This document shows, one piece after another, positions 42,138-55,577 of a DNA stretch of 64,000 nt. This DNA is from Eledone cirrhosa (lineage: Eukaryota): positions 73,656,001 to 73,720,000 of the forward strand of contig OZ024743.1 in NCBI GenBank assembly GCA_964016885.1, read 5' to 3'. A program made the position numbers and the translations under genes. Below the pieces are notes generated by a model. It saw only the letters and a list, made by a program, of their open reading frames with translations. It was not told where the DNA came from and searched no databases. Numbering within the stretch: position 1 is the first letter of the stretch; the number at the start of each line of letters is the position of its first letter.

Positions 42138-43064
42138 ACTTTGAAAGCTTTACTATCATATAGAATATTGAATTTTGGGGGATTGCTACGGCTCAAAATT
42201 GCTAGAAAAACTTATTAGAAACATTTCTAGCTTCATTCGACTTGCCAGAGCAAAGCAGGAATATGAAAATTCACGGTGTTAATTTCTTTTTTAAAAAAAT
42301 ATCTTTATTCTTTTCTACTTTTCAAAAAAATGTTGTTGTTTTTCTGTAACAATTGTGATAATTAAGAATATTTGTGTAAACAAAACTATATTTTGACTAA
42401 CCTTACCCGATCTTAAATTAGGCAGTTCATTTCCAACTGGTCTTATAGTTCTAATATTCATGAAACAGGCGGCGAATTGGCAGAGTCGTTAGAATGTCAG
42501 ATAGAATGCTTTGCAGTATTCCTTTCGACGGAAGAAATCTGCTGTATTCAGATCTAGAGAAGACTGGGCCCCACCAGGTTTTAAAATGCCCTAAGAACGC
42601 CATATGTCAGTCAACACGGCACCCCAATGACTCCCCAGGAGTGACGGGACCATTCATGAAACAGTTTTTCTTAGCGTTCATTCACTCTCGAGAACTTCAG
42701 CGAAACCATAAGTGTTTACGTGTGCCTGGCATCAGAACATTCTGGCAATATCAGATGCTTTAGTAATATCTCTTCTCTTGAATCGGAATTTTCTTGTCAG
42801 AACTTTCCATTACAGTATGTATTAAATGCCACAGACTGGTCCATATTATTTCATACTTTAGTTGTATCTCACACGGACCTCACTCTAACTACACACCACA
42901 CATATCCTTAAGTACATTTTACATGTCAGCAAACATTTTTACACACGCATAATCCAGATACAACCAAGATACCTCATAACACTATTTCATGAATAGAAAG
43001 CTGGAGAACTTCTTATTTGAGGACATCTCAACTGAGGATGAAGTGACAAGCGTCTTGATGATAT

Positions 43065-43381
43065 TCGTGGCTTTGGGGTTAGGGTATTCGGCTTATGACC
43101 GTAAGGTCGTGAGTTCGATTCCCGGTGATGCGTTACGTTCTTGAGCAAGACACTTTATTGTACGTTGCTCCAGATCACTCAGCTGGCAAAAATTAGTAGT
43201 ACCTGTAATTCGAAGGGCCAGCCTTGTCATTCTGTTTCACGCTGAATCTGCCTGAGAACTATGTAAAATGTATGTATGTCTATGGAATGCTCAGCCACAT
43301 GCACGTTAATTTCCTGAGCAGGATATTCCGTTGATCATATCAGCTGGAGCTGTAACACTCATCGTCGTAACCGACGGAGTT
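43065..43381 (+). mobile_element. Second tRNA-derived SINE family
   Basis: B-box gagttcgattccc, conserved ttgagcaagacacttta block, tail cgtcgtaaccgacggag. Related pieces at 45150-45308 (-) and 59070-59200 plus 59900-60056. Confidence 0.8.
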
Positions 43382-44089
43382 TCCCCACAAGGTACGCATC
43401 TTTACCTATGGACAATAGACAGTTAACATAACAAACTTCATAAATATTAACCTCAAAATCAATGCTATCCTTTCATGCTATCCTTTTATTTAGACATGCT
43501 TCATAAATAGATGGGATGATTGATAAATTGATAGCTATTAATCTACAGGTGGAATTACTAAAACTAATCTCAAATTCTATTCTGATAGTTTCTTCCTTCA
43601 CGCACCTCGTCTATGGAATTTTCCTGGTTTCTGGTTTTCCTAACCACTACAATTTGCAAAAAAATCAAAAGCAACATCAACCATCATCTTCACTCATCTC
43701 GAATTACCCTTTCCTTTTTTCAGTAACCCCTTTCATTTTAGTGGCTTTATTGACTGGCTCGGGGTGAATAAATTAGTCCAACCCATAGTAATAGGGAAAG
43801 TGAATGTTATACATATATACATATATACAGGGATATAGGTGCTAACTGCATTTGATGTCGTTGGAACGCTGACAGGTCATTTAGCAAGGCAAATCTCATT
43901 CAGAGAGAAAGTGTGAGAGAGAGAGAAATTGCAACTCCTAAATACTCATAGATAACGAAATATAAATGGTTTTATCATCTAATTGTAAGACACCACAAAA
44001 ACACGTTAACAATACCGTAAAGAGCGAGAATAACGCCACCATTCCAATTCTAAAATTTAAGAGCCAGACGCTGCTAAAATCTGTCATAT

Positions 44090-44640
44090 ATAGACCTTGT
44101 AAAAATGAAAGGCAGAGTTAACCTCGATGGGATTTGAACTCAGAACGTGAAGGGCCGTAACTCTATGCTTTGAAGCATGTTGTCCGACCCTCTACCGATA
44201 CCGTCAATCCACCGCTCTGTTGATTGCAATAATTGTTTCTACTTTTGGCACAAGGCCATCAATTAGCCAGTACATTACTGGTACTTTATTTTATCGACCC
44301 CGTAAGGATGAAAGGCAAAGTTAACCTCGGCGGGATTTGAACTCAGACTGTAAAGGGAGGACGTAACTATGCTGGAAAGCATGGCGTCCGACCCTCTACC
44401 GATACTGCCAATCCACTTGCAATAATGGTTTCTGATTTGGCACAAGAGCAACAATTTGGGAGAGGGGAAAGTTGATTAAATCGACCTCAGTGCGTTCATG
44501 ATACTTATTTTATCAACCTTGTAAGAATGAAAGGTAAAGATAACCTCGGTGTAATTTGAACTCAGAACGTAAAGGGCCATAACTAAATGCCACAAAGCAT
44601 GATGTCCGACGCTCTACCGATACTGCCAATCCTCCGCCCC
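44090..44640 (-). mobile_element. Cluster of three Nin/Deu SINEs
   Basis: Copies at ~44090-44215, 44230-44417 and 44421-44640. Confidence 0.88.
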
Positions 44641-44866
44641 GTTGATTACAATAATACAATCACACAGAGGCTAAGGGGGCGTCACTCAATAGCGTGTTGG
44701 CTCAACTTCAATTTTCAATGCTTCAAAAAAACCAAAACTATATTTTTTTCAAATAGGTATTCATACTCTCATGTGACTAATAATCTACTAAATATTGTGT
44801 ATATGTGTGTGTAATTTATTTACCCAAACCCACCCGTCCCCTCAATCTATCTTATTTCTTATTCTT

Positions 44867-44902
44867 TCTTCTGATGACGGACTAGCATCCGAAACGTTAA
44901 GA
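44867..44902 (+). ncRNA. Ultra-minimal hammerhead motif (family A)
   Basis: UCUU CUGAUGA C-GGA-CUAGCA-UCC GAAA CG UU AAGA; stem III is only the palindrome ACGU. Degenerate relatives lie at ~705-725 (-) and ~1220-1254 (+). Confidence 0.6.
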
Positions 44903-45953
44903 CCCTCTTCCTGCTACATCAAACGTTAACCTAATATATCCCTTCCATATACTGTACCAATTGTGTTCTTATTTCTGTTTACCTTTTACATATATATATA
45001 TATATATCATCATCATCATTTCATTTTACGTCCGCTTTTTCCCTGCTTGCAAGGGTGGGACGGGAACTGATTCTGGCTTGATGCCCTTCCTAACACCAAC
45101 CTCATTTACAGTGAGTGCTGGGCGCTTTTTTGCCTGGAATGATATGGACATCAGTCCCTATCATCTCATTTCTACAGCTGAGTAAACTGGAGCAATGTGA
45201 AATAAAGTGTCTTGTTCAAGGAAACAACACATCACCCGGTCTGAGAATTGAACTCACAACCTTTCGATTGTAAGCCCAATGCTCTAACCACTAAGCCATG
45301 TGTCTCCATGTATATATATTAATAATAATAAATTTGAAGACTAAAATCCAAAAAGGGCTCGATAAGGATAAATATATATCAAATATATAAGAACTGTAGA
45401 GCAAATATTTATTAAACAAAGAATCGTTCAGGGGGAAAGCAGCAATTCTTTGCTTAAACTTTAATCTGTTGTTTTAATATATATATATATATTATATATA
45501 TATATTATATAATATATATATTGTAAGAATATTTATATATATGTGTGCATGTTATTGTAGCTAAGTGTGTGATTAAAGACAATTTTGTAAAGGAATGCAC
45601 TTAATTATTTTTGACAGGTAAAATAAATGTTTATTTCTCAATACAGGTATTTCACTCACCAAGCTGGCTTAAAAACCATTGCTAATTACATAAATATGAA
45701 AATAAAGATAAAAACAAACACTATTAAGTAATGAGAAACGTCATTCATGTAACGAAGCTACATGTTTCACATGTTTCAGGTGTGTGTGTGTTTTTATTGT
45801 TGATCCTATGATATTTGGTAGCAGGAACCAAGGAAGACTATATTTCTTGCGAATAATTTACAATGCAAAAAAAATTAAATATTTTAAATAAATTAAAATT
45901 TATACCATTTTTATTGTTTGTTTTTGTTTTTGTTTATATAAATTGCAACATTT

Positions 45954-47625
45954 TGGCAGTATCGGTAGAGCGTCAGACACCATGCTTTGCGATCTGAGTT
46001 CAAATCCACCGAGGCTAATTTTGCCTTTCATCCTTACGATGTTGATAAAATAAAGTACCAGTGATGCACTGGGGTAATCGCTGGCCTTGTGCCAAAAGTA
46101 GAAACTTTAGGTGGTGGATTGGCAGTATCGGTGGAGGGTCGGACACCATGCTTTGACGCATAGAGTTACGGCCCTTGCCATTCTGAGTTCAAATCCCGCC
46201 GAGGTTAACTCTGCCTTTCATCCTTACGGGGTCGATAAAATAAAGTACCAGTAATGTTCTGGGATAATTGCTGACCTTGACCAATAGTAGAAACAATTAT
46301 TATTATCACTTTTAGTTTTACCCACCATATAGATTTGTTATTGTTTAGCCACGCAGGGAACGAGGTTGCCATCCGAGACTGGTAAATGACAAAGGTATCC
46401 TCAAACCGGAGACATTAGCTCAAACACTTGCAACAAGCTGAACTCCGCTAAAGACACCCGTAGGTAATGTGTTGTTACCACCAGTAGGTGGTGGTAAAGT
46501 GGGGGATGGATTACGTCTACAATCCAGGTAGGCCTGGGATTTGAACAGAACGTAAACAGCCAGAACAAATAACGCAATCTTTTATATATATATATATAGA
46601 GAGAGAGATTTTTTTTAATTTAATAGCTGTATACTCTTTTGCCTGTTCCAGCCATCCGGCTGAGGCCTTGCTGGGGCACCGCCCTTGGTATGTATAACAT
46701 TTCAATTCCAATTACTTGCGCCAGCCGACTTTGATATGTAAAATTGGGGTTTTGGTGTGTAGTTTAATTTGTTTGTGTATGAGGGTCCCCCAAATTAGAA
46801 GCCTGCCGAAGCGTGATGTGTTTCGGCTGGCCAAGCTGTGTGAATGAAGACGTTGCAGGGATGATCCGGTGAACTTAACCTCCTTGGCGCTCAGAAGAAA
46901 GAAGCATATTATTATATAGGGCGGTGGATAGGCAGTATCGGTAGAGGTTTCGATGCCATGCTTTCCAGCATAGTTATGCCCCTTTACGAACTGAGTTCAA
47001 ATCCCGCCGAGGTTAACTTTGCCTTCCAGTCTTATGTGATCGATAAAATAAAGTATCAGTAATGCACTGAGTAATTACTGACCTTGTGCCAAAAGTGGAA
47101 ACAATTATTATTATATAGAGGATTGTGGTGTTGAAACGGTAAGTTGTTCATTAGTTTATTTCTCGCCTGAGAATTTAGATATACCTAAAAGCAGATATAG
47201 ATGAAAATAATATGGCGACGTTATAGGGAGTTTAGAGTACACCAATTTCACCTTGTACTCAGTAACTTGAATTCCCTTCCAGATTACCTGCTGGTAAGAT
47301 AAAACAAACTAGAAATTAACCCCAAGATCATTTGAAGATCATTTTATATTACATACTGTGATGTCACATCAACCCTTAAATCACATCCCCTATTTCACTG
47401 TTATTTTGTTGTTGTTATTATTGTCACTATCGGTAAAGCGTCAGACACCATGCTTTTTAGCATAGAGTTATGGTCCTTTACGTTCTGAGTTCAAATCCCG
47501 CCGAGGTTAGCTTTGCCTTTCATCCTTACACGGTCGGTAAAATAAAGCACCAGCAATGTCGATTTAATTGACTTTCCCCTCCCCCAAATTGGTGGCCTTG
47601 TGCTTATAGTAGAAATCATTATTAT
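45954..47625 (+). mobile_element. Cluster of four Nin/Deu SINEs
   Basis: Copies at ~45954-46108, 46109-46300, 46919-47112 and 47428-47625. Confidence 0.85.
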
Positions 47626-47911
47626 TTTGAGAAGAAAGATCTGTGAAGTCAAACGTCACGGAAAGTATTTCAGGATGTTTTTCATGAATAATTTTTTCGA
47701 AATTTGAGGATGTAACACATTTAAAAAATAGAGTGATAATGCTCCCACCGTCGTTGGCGAAGAGCTCGCCATGGGGGTTACATGAAATATATTTCATATT
47801 AGTGGAAGATAACTTGAAATTGGGAGTAGTTTGAATCCATTTCACAGGATACCTTGAAAATGATAGAGACTTAAATATGATCAATATACAATATTTTTCC
47901 AGCCACAACTG

Positions 47912-48226
47912 GTGCAGTCTCCGACTAACCCAGGTTCGACTGCACGTTGGACTGAGGAGGCCAAACTCTTCAAATACCGGTCGCTCTCCGACAGGTTTGT
48001 GGTTGTACCCTTGGCAGTGGAGACTTCTGGTGTCCTAGGCCCTAGGGCTACCTCCCTACTCATCACCATAGGCGCTGAGCTGGCCAGCCGCAGGTGTTAC
48101 CTCGCGAGCTGGAATGGATTTTCCAGCGCGTCTCCCTTACCGTACTCCGGGGAAACACCTTCTCCATTCTGTCCGCCGGGGCTGTAGGGAGGCCACCAAT
48201 ATGATTGACTGACTTGTCATTTTATC
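47912..48226 (+). mobile_element. 3' end of RLE-type (CRE-like) non-LTR retrotransposon
   Basis: EEAKLFKY..LSDRFVVVPLAVETSGVLGP...FQRVSL.VLRG restriction-like endonuclease C-terminus. Homologs at 62390-62660 (-), ~12030-12155, 61365-61530 and 54415-54580 (-). Confidence 0.8.
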
Positions 48227-49540
48227 AGTCGTCTGTCTGTTTGAATTACTACTGGATTACACAAAGAAGCCAGTAAAATATTTCAAGTAGTAGAATTCGA
48301 CAGGTATTATTGACGGAGTGTATGTCAGATTAGAAACTTCATGTGTTCAACACAGCATCTTTATTTCTTTTATTCAAGCTTTGTTACTCTATTTCTCACT
48401 ATACGAACAAATGTAACGGTATACATGTCCATCCTTCATTGATCAGTCCCCAATATTTCTGAACAATACACCCATTAACCTATTTCGTTTCTATATTTAT
48501 AATGAGATATACTATCGTTACTATATCTCTTAATGGAATATACCTTTGGTGTATAAAACATTGGTGAAAACGTTCATTTGTATATAGACTTGGCTGGTGA
48601 TTATGTCTTCATATACACATCTATTCTGAATTTCACCAGCATATCAACTGATGATGGATTTAAAAAAACACCTTCAAACACAAGTGCCTGGTGTACTCAT
48701 ATAGCTACTGAAGTAACTGTGATATGATCACGTCTTTAAACAGTTATAGTGTGACATAGGTATATCATATATAGGAAAAGAGTCAGGACCCCTCTTTTCC
48801 TATTACCCTAAGTATTGAGTACTCTGGTGCGCTATGGTCCACCTGGTATCTTACCACGCCTTTGTTATATCATATATATATATATATGGAGGGAAGGGAT
48901 GATTCAATTGGGGGTAGCGACAGTTAGTTAAGTACTCAATACTTTAGTAGAGTGCAAAATTCAAGTTTAAAATAGAAATACCTTCTATGGGACTATAAAT
49001 GTTTCATTCAAAAGAAATCATCAGAAAAGCCTGATGAGTTCTTTTGAATGAAACAGTCCTTAAGAAACCAATCTATATTAAAGTTTATATATCTATGTAT
49101 CTGTTTCAGTTTGTGTTTGTGTGTGTATCAGTGCAAAAATGCTATAAATATAGCTTATAAAATGGGGTGAAGGCACTTAAAATACGGCAAAGAAGTTGCC
49201 ATCTGCCCTTATAAGGAAATGAACCCCATATGCCTTCAGGTAGACCTGTTATGAATCAATCTATGTTAGTGAAAATGTTATATTTCCCTTTAGTTTTTGT
49301 AGTTAATGTGTTGAGGTTTATCTAGTACACTACTAATTCCTATTAGTCCTCCACCTTCTTCTTCTTCTTCTTCGCCCACTTATTCTTAAGAAGATCGTGG
49401 TGGGGGAGCGGGGCAGAGTCCTCAGACATCCTTCCAGCGGGTCCTGTCAGAAGAAACCATCTCCCATTAGGCCGACTTTATTAAACAATAAAGAATAAAG
49501 ACGTTTTATAGAAATTAGTATAATTAAAATTAACCACTAA

Positions 49541-49925
49541 CAATTGTTTCTACTTTTGGCACAAGCCCAGCAATTATCACAGTTCATTACTGGTACTTTA
49601 TTTTATCGACCCCGTAAGGATGAAAGGCAAAGTTAACCTCGGCTAGATTTAAAACTCAGGTCGTAAAGAGCCGTAACTCTTGCTGCAAAGCATGGCGTCA
49701 GACCCTCTACCGATACTGCCAATCCATTAACCACTAATAATTGTTTCTACTTTTGGCACAAGGCCAGCAATTACCCAGTGCATTACTGGTACTTTATTTT
49801 ATCGACCCCGTAAGGATGAAAGGCAAAGTGAACCTCGACGGGATTTGAACTCAGATCGTAAAGGGACGTAACTATGCTGGAAAGCATGGCGTTCGACTCT
49901 ACCGATACTGCCAATCCACCGCCCT
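49541..49925 (-). mobile_element. Tandem pair of Nin/Deu SINEs
   Basis: Copies at 49541-49727 and 49737-49925, each preceded on + by attaaccactaa. Further copies at ~51012-51122, 52250-52432 (-), 52686-52871 (-), 53431-53575 (-), 60415-60560 and 62728-62790. Confidence 0.88.
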
Positions 49926-50325
49926 AATTTATTCATATATATAAATATAGCTGTTCTCCAGGGCGAAGCCGGGTACCTCAGCTAGTTATATATAAAAAGA
50001 AGATTGAAATATATGCAAGGATATGGTGGACGATACTTTTGTTTTTCGAATCTTTCTAGTGACCATCCCTACTTTCTCAACAAACACCACATTAATATAA
50101 TACATTGACCTTGTAAACAAAATATGGTATATTTTTGAATTTGACAAATTCAATTTTAGAAATGATGATAATTCGTTTAATGCTTGAATGGTTGAGAATG
50201 GAAGTCTTCCTGTTCATTGTTGCTTAAATTCCAACAGAAAACATTAACTTACTCATATTTGCTACTGTGCTACTTAATGGGATCTAAAGTGTGTAGATTG
50301 TTGAAATTAAGTGGTTAATCTAGAC

Positions 50326-50839
50326 CAGAGGTTCTTAAACTGGGCACTACCCCCGAGGGGTGGGGTGAGAAGGTTCAGGGGGCGCTTGGTAAAGATGATA
50401 TAATAATATATTAAATATAAAATGATATATATTATATATAAATATAGTAAAATAAAATAAAATTATATTTATTTATACACAGTATATTATATTATTGAAT
50501 ATATATAAACTATAAACTATTATATATAAACATTCTGAGTTCAAATTCCACCGAGGTTAACTTTGCCTTTCATCCTTACGGGGTCGATAAAATAAAGTAC
50601 CAGTAATGTACTGGGATAATTGCTGGCCTTGTGCCAAAAGTAGAAACAATTATATATAAACTAATGGTTTTATTTATTATATATTATTTACAATTTGTGT
50701 GTAGGCAGGTCTCTCTGGAAATAGGGGGGGGGAGGTATTACATGGCCGTGAGGGGAATGGTGAGAGTATTATGAGGCGGGGGGGGGGGGGTATTACGTTT
50801 CGTGAGGTGGTGGGGTGGGACAAGGTTTGAGAACATCTG
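50326..50839. mobile_element. hAT (Charlie-type) MITE with nested SINE
   Basis: TIRs cagaggttcttaaac / gtttgagaacatctg; perfect 8-bp TSD atctagac (50318-50325, 50840-50847) fits NTCTAGAN; SINE inserted at ~50532-50652. Confidence 0.88.
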
Positions 50840-51572
50840 ATCTAGACGATATTTTGACTACACATTTCATATTTACATTCTTAAACTATCATTGTTAAAA
50901 AATAAATAACTACGCTGCCTCTCATTATTAGAAATCAAAATACACCAGGTCCTAACACAAAGGAACCAAACTCCCACTGTCACTGCCTCCCTCTCATTAT
51001 TAGAAATCAAATGTCCCGCCGAGGTTAACTTTGCCTTTCATCCTTACGATGTCGATAAAACAAAGTAACAGTAATGTACTGGGTAATTGCTGGCTTTGTG
51101 CCTAAAGTAGAAATAATTATTAAAAATCAAATACTTTATAAAAAAAGTTAAGTGAGAACGACTGTATTGGATGCGTTGTCTGGTATGAGGTGAGACATAA
51201 ACAAAACAATCATAAAACCTCTTATTTTGTCTGGGGGAATAAACTACCGATTAAATGGTAGCATTGGCCTTGGATTTTAATTGTTGTGAAATAACCATAG
51301 TCAGTATGATCTTTTTCAGCTCCAAAGGACGTCATCTGAAACGCAGCAATATACCGCATAACATTGCTTCTAAAGTGTTTAGCTTCGTTAGTACGGACTG
51401 TAAGTAGTATAGGGATAAAAGCTGGAGGGTAGATTAATTTTAAATAGTATCAATTTTTCTGTAAAATAAAAGACTAAAACGACTTTATAAAAGCTAACGC
51501 AATATTGTTAAACCTTCCTATAGATCAAAGGATCTATAGTTTAAGCCGTTTCTAGACTTTCGTGGGACGTTA

Positions 51573-51696
<124 letters not shown>

Positions 51697-52458
51697 GAAT
51701 ATCGAACACTTTAATTGTATCTCTCTCTTTCTGCCTCTTCCTCTGTGTCTCTCTCTCTTTAGATGTGTATGTGTGTAGTTTTCGTGTGATTCAACCAACC
51801 AACCAATAAACACCTTTCTTTTATATTATATATAGATAAATGGACTTTATTGCAATATAAAATATTCAGTAGTAAAAAAACTGTACAATTAACATGGTCA
51901 AACATAGAGAAAAAGAAGGCAATATTGGAAAGGACTATAAATGACATAAATGAGAGGAAAGGTAAGGAGGAACAAGGACGCACAGAAGAAAGAGTGAGGA
52001 AGGGGAGAGGATGATAGCCTCTATACCTCTGACAGAGCAGTGTTTCGGTTGCACCCCACGTACAAAATAGTACAGGCATTTCCACGGACATAAACCAGGA
52101 CACCCGCTGCAACAGCCACATCACTTCGTGGGGCTCCTTCCTCAGACGACTTCTGTCGTTCCGATTTTACGGAGGAGATCTCATTGCTGAACCATTACGG
52201 AGAAAAGACAGGAACACAAACACGTGCGCACGCGCACTGAATATAAATATAATTTCTACTTTTAGCACAAGGCCGGCAATTATCCCAGTGCATTACTGGT
52301 ACTTTATTTTATCGACCTCGTAAGGATGAAAGGCAAAGTTAACCTCGGCGGGATTTGAACTCAGACCATAAAGGGCCGTAACTCTATGCTGGAAAGCATG
52401 ACGTCCGGCCCTCTGCCGATACTGCCAATCCACAATATTGTGTTCACGATCTCATTCT

Positions 52459-52626
52459 TTCGGTCGTAACCCAAGGTTCATGATCTTAGTTAAGGGCTGG
52501 AAGAAGAAGATGGAAGATTCGGTTGTAACCCAAGGTTCATGATCTTAGTTAAGGGCTGGAAGAAGATGGAAGATTCGGTCGTAACCCAAGGTTCATGATC
52601 TTAGTTAAGGGCTGGAAGAAGATGGA
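52459..52626. repeat. Three-copy ~57-60-bp tandem repeat
   Basis: ttcggtcgtaacccaaggttcatgatcttagttaagggctggaagaagatgga three times, without spacers. Confidence 0.92.
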
Positions 52627-53599
52627 GAGGAGGTGGAGGAACGTTAACCGAAACATCAGTTTCTTCACTGCTAACGGTATGTGAAATAATTGTTTCTACT
52701 TTTGGCACAAGGCCAGCAATTTTCAGTATATTACTGGTACTTTATTTTATCGACCCCGTAAAGATGAAAGGCAAAGTTAATCTCGGCGGGATTTGAACTC
52801 AGATCGTAAAGGGACGTAACTAGGTTGGAAAGCATGCCTGACGCTCTGCCAATACTGCCAATTCACTGCCCTTTAACGCTATGTGAAATAATATTTATAG
52901 AAAACTATTTCATGTGATAATGTAGGAAGTGTGAAGATGAAAGATTATAATTTTAACTATTATAAAGAAAGAAGTGCGGGACTGCAACCAGAATATATAT
53001 TTTTTTTATCTCGTTTGTAAAATAATTTGGATTACTTTGAATAAATAATGAATGAATAATACTAAATTTCGTGGCTGTTCATTAAATATATTTTATTACT
53101 TATTTTAAGATTCACTTCTTTAAAATTTTCAAACATCAACACTTCCAGTCAGCGATCGCTTAAATAAATATTCATATATTTCCGTTACTAATTTTCTCCT
53201 AATACAGTTTATATATAATATCGTCTTTTTTTTAATGTATCATGAATTACGTTACTGATTACATAAGAGTGTAACGCAGTCTTCGTTCAATTTCTGTATA
53301 TATTGTCAATTACAATTTTATTTGATGTATCATATCTACATGTATATATACTTGCGTATAATATCAATATGCACACTACACATGCTAGCAGAAAACCAAC
53401 CGAAGGGTGGTTTTTCTGCTAGTGTTGATAATAATTGTTTCTACTTTTGGCACAAGGCCAGCAATTATCCCACTTTATTACTGATACTTTATTTTATCGA
53501 ACCCGTAAGGATGAAAGGCAAAGTTAACCGCGGTGGGATTTTAACTCAGACTATAAAGAGCCGTAACTCTGTGCTGAAAAATATTGATAATAACTATTA

Positions 53600-54370
53600 C
53601 TATTAGTATAATCTCTTTCTATCCAACTTGCACTTGATAGGTTTGATGTCGAGTACTGCATGGCTGGAGTGAAAATCAGGGCTGCGAAAACTGAACACTC
53701 GTCCTCTCAAGGAAGCCTGCACAACCACTCGACATCTGAATGGGGTTCCACTGAAGCAGGGAGAGAAGTTCAAGTATCTCGGGGCCGTGTTCACGAGTGA
53801 TGGAAGGCAGGGGGTTGAATTAAGTTCAAGAATTGCAGGAGCTGGTGAAGTAATGCGGCTATTTTCAAATGTAGAGATCACAGCTTCGATACTATGGACA
53901 TGTGGTTAGAATGTCTGAGGAAAGAATCGCTGGACAGATTTTAAGGCGCAAAACTAAGTGGCAGGAAAAGCAGGGTAAACCACTAGAAAAATGGTTGGAT
54001 AACATCCAAGAGCTTGGTTGGTCTCGATTGGGAACCCAGCCGGATCAGTTGGAGACGGTTGCTTCTCTTAGGATCAGCTGGAAAGTTTGCGAACTCTGCT
54101 CCCACAGACTTCTCAGGAATAAGTGGAGAGGGGGGAGGAGGAGGAGGAGGAGGAGGAGGAGGAGGAGAAGAAGAAGAAGAAGAAGAAGAAGAAGAAGAAG
54201 AAGAAGAAGAAGAAGAAGAAGAAGAAGAAGAAGAAGAAGAAGAAGAAGAAGAAGAAAAGAAGAAGAAGAAGAAGAAGAAGAAGAAGGAGGGGGAGAAGGA
54301 GGAGGAGAAGAAGAAGAAGAAGAAGAAGAAGAAGAAGAAGAAGAAGAAGAAGAAGAAGAAGAAGAAGAAG
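53600..54370 (+). mobile_element. Second RTE family fragment with expanded (GGA)n(GAA)n tail
   Basis: EKFKYLG.VFTSDGR, YGHVVRMSEERIAGQI, GKPLEKWLDNI; the tail is pure trinucleotide repeat at 54135-54370. Confidence 0.8.
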
Positions 54371-54604
54371 GTTATGTGACGTCCAAACGAGTATCCTCCA
54401 CCTCCAACTAACTTACCCGCCATCTCTGGTTCTCGGCCAACAGAATGGAGAATACATACATTGCCCCGGAGGACAGCGCGAAGGAGATGCAATGGAGCAG
54501 CCTCTACATCTCGCAGGGCTCACACCTGCGGATAGCCAGTGAGTGTGGATGTGGTCCGGGTGCCAAGAACGCCAGACGTCTCTACTTAGTAATTTAACCA
54601 ACTA

Positions 54605-54787
54605 CAGGGTGGGCCAGAATTCCTGACTCACTTGGTTATTTACAAATTCAAATTTAGAAAAAAAAACAAAAAATCCTGTGAGGCATCTTAAGAAATAAAA
54701 TAATAAATTGAAACAATACAATAACAATAAAATAAGCATGTTAAGAAATATAACTAACAAGCGAGTCGTGAATCCTGGCCCACTCTG
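54605..54787. mobile_element. Tc1/mariner MITE
   Basis: TA|cagggtgggccagaattcctgactcacttg ... caagcgagtcgtgaatcctggcccactctg|TA; a related TIR start lies at 12405. Confidence 0.82.
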
Positions 54788-55140
54788 TAGAAACAGCAAA
54801 TAAATCTCTCACACATCCTATTGTAAGGTTTTAAGGCAAAGCTACAGACTCCTTAAAAGGCGGGATGGTCAGAGCTGGAATGTATTTGATCATAATTCTG
54901 CTGAGTCAGCGTTGACTTATAGATAAACAAACAATAAACGATTTCATCATTCTTTGGGAGTTATAGATAGGAACACACACACACACCATCACACACACAC
55001 ACACGCACACACACACACATACAAACAGACATACAAGCACACACATATATAAACACACACACACGTGCACACACTTATTGAGGTACATAAGCAGCGGTGC
55101 TTGTCATCATATATACAGATACACTGACTGAACATGTTTA

Positions 55141-55545
55141 GAACTAGTGAGACAGAGAGGGGGATGAGAGAAAGAGAGAGAGGGAGATAGTTAGGAGAGA
55201 GTAAGAGAGAGATATTGAGTGTGCGTGTGAGACAGAGAGAGATAGTGAGGGTGTGTGTGAGAGAGAGGGAGAGATAGTTAGGGTGTGAGAGAGAGAGATA
55301 GTGGAGGGTGTGTGTGAGAGAGAGAGAGATAGTGAGGGTGTGTGAGAGAGAGAGAGAGAGAGATAGTGAGGGTGTGTGTGTGTGAGAGAGATAGTGAGGG
55401 TGTGTGAGAGAGAGAGAGATAGTGAGGGTGTGTGTGTGTGAGAGAGATAGTGAGGGTGTGTGTGAGAGAGAGAGAGAGATAGTGAGGGTGTGTGTGTGAG
55501 AGAGAGAGATAGTGAGGGTGTGTGTGCGAGAGAGAGATAGTGAGG

Positions 55546-55577
<32 letters not shown>

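Noticed and set aside
43065-43130. tRNA gene
   Set aside because: tRNA-like A/B boxes run straight into a SINE body; no complete cloverleaf. The same applies to all SINE heads here.
47282-47292. Possible 11-nt micro-exon (ttccag|attacctgctg|gtaaga)
   Set aside because: Such splice-like motifs arise by chance and it lies downstream of the Cdx stop; unsupported without RNA data.
47564-47908. 114-aa minus-strand ORF with protein-like composition
   Set aside because: No recognisable domain, ends inside a SINE and starts at a CRE fragment boundary; cannot be supported without a search.
49955-49986. Helitron 3' end (gggcgaagccggg...CTAG then T)
   Set aside because: Plausible but isolated, with an imperfect hairpin and no linked 5' end; too short to call.
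52459-52626. CRISPR-like repeat
   Set aside because: Contiguous tandem units with no unique spacers, no cas genes, eukaryotic context.
53902-54542. Arg/Glu/Lys-rich ORFs
   Set aside because: RTE 3' end plus (GGA)n(GAA)n tail.
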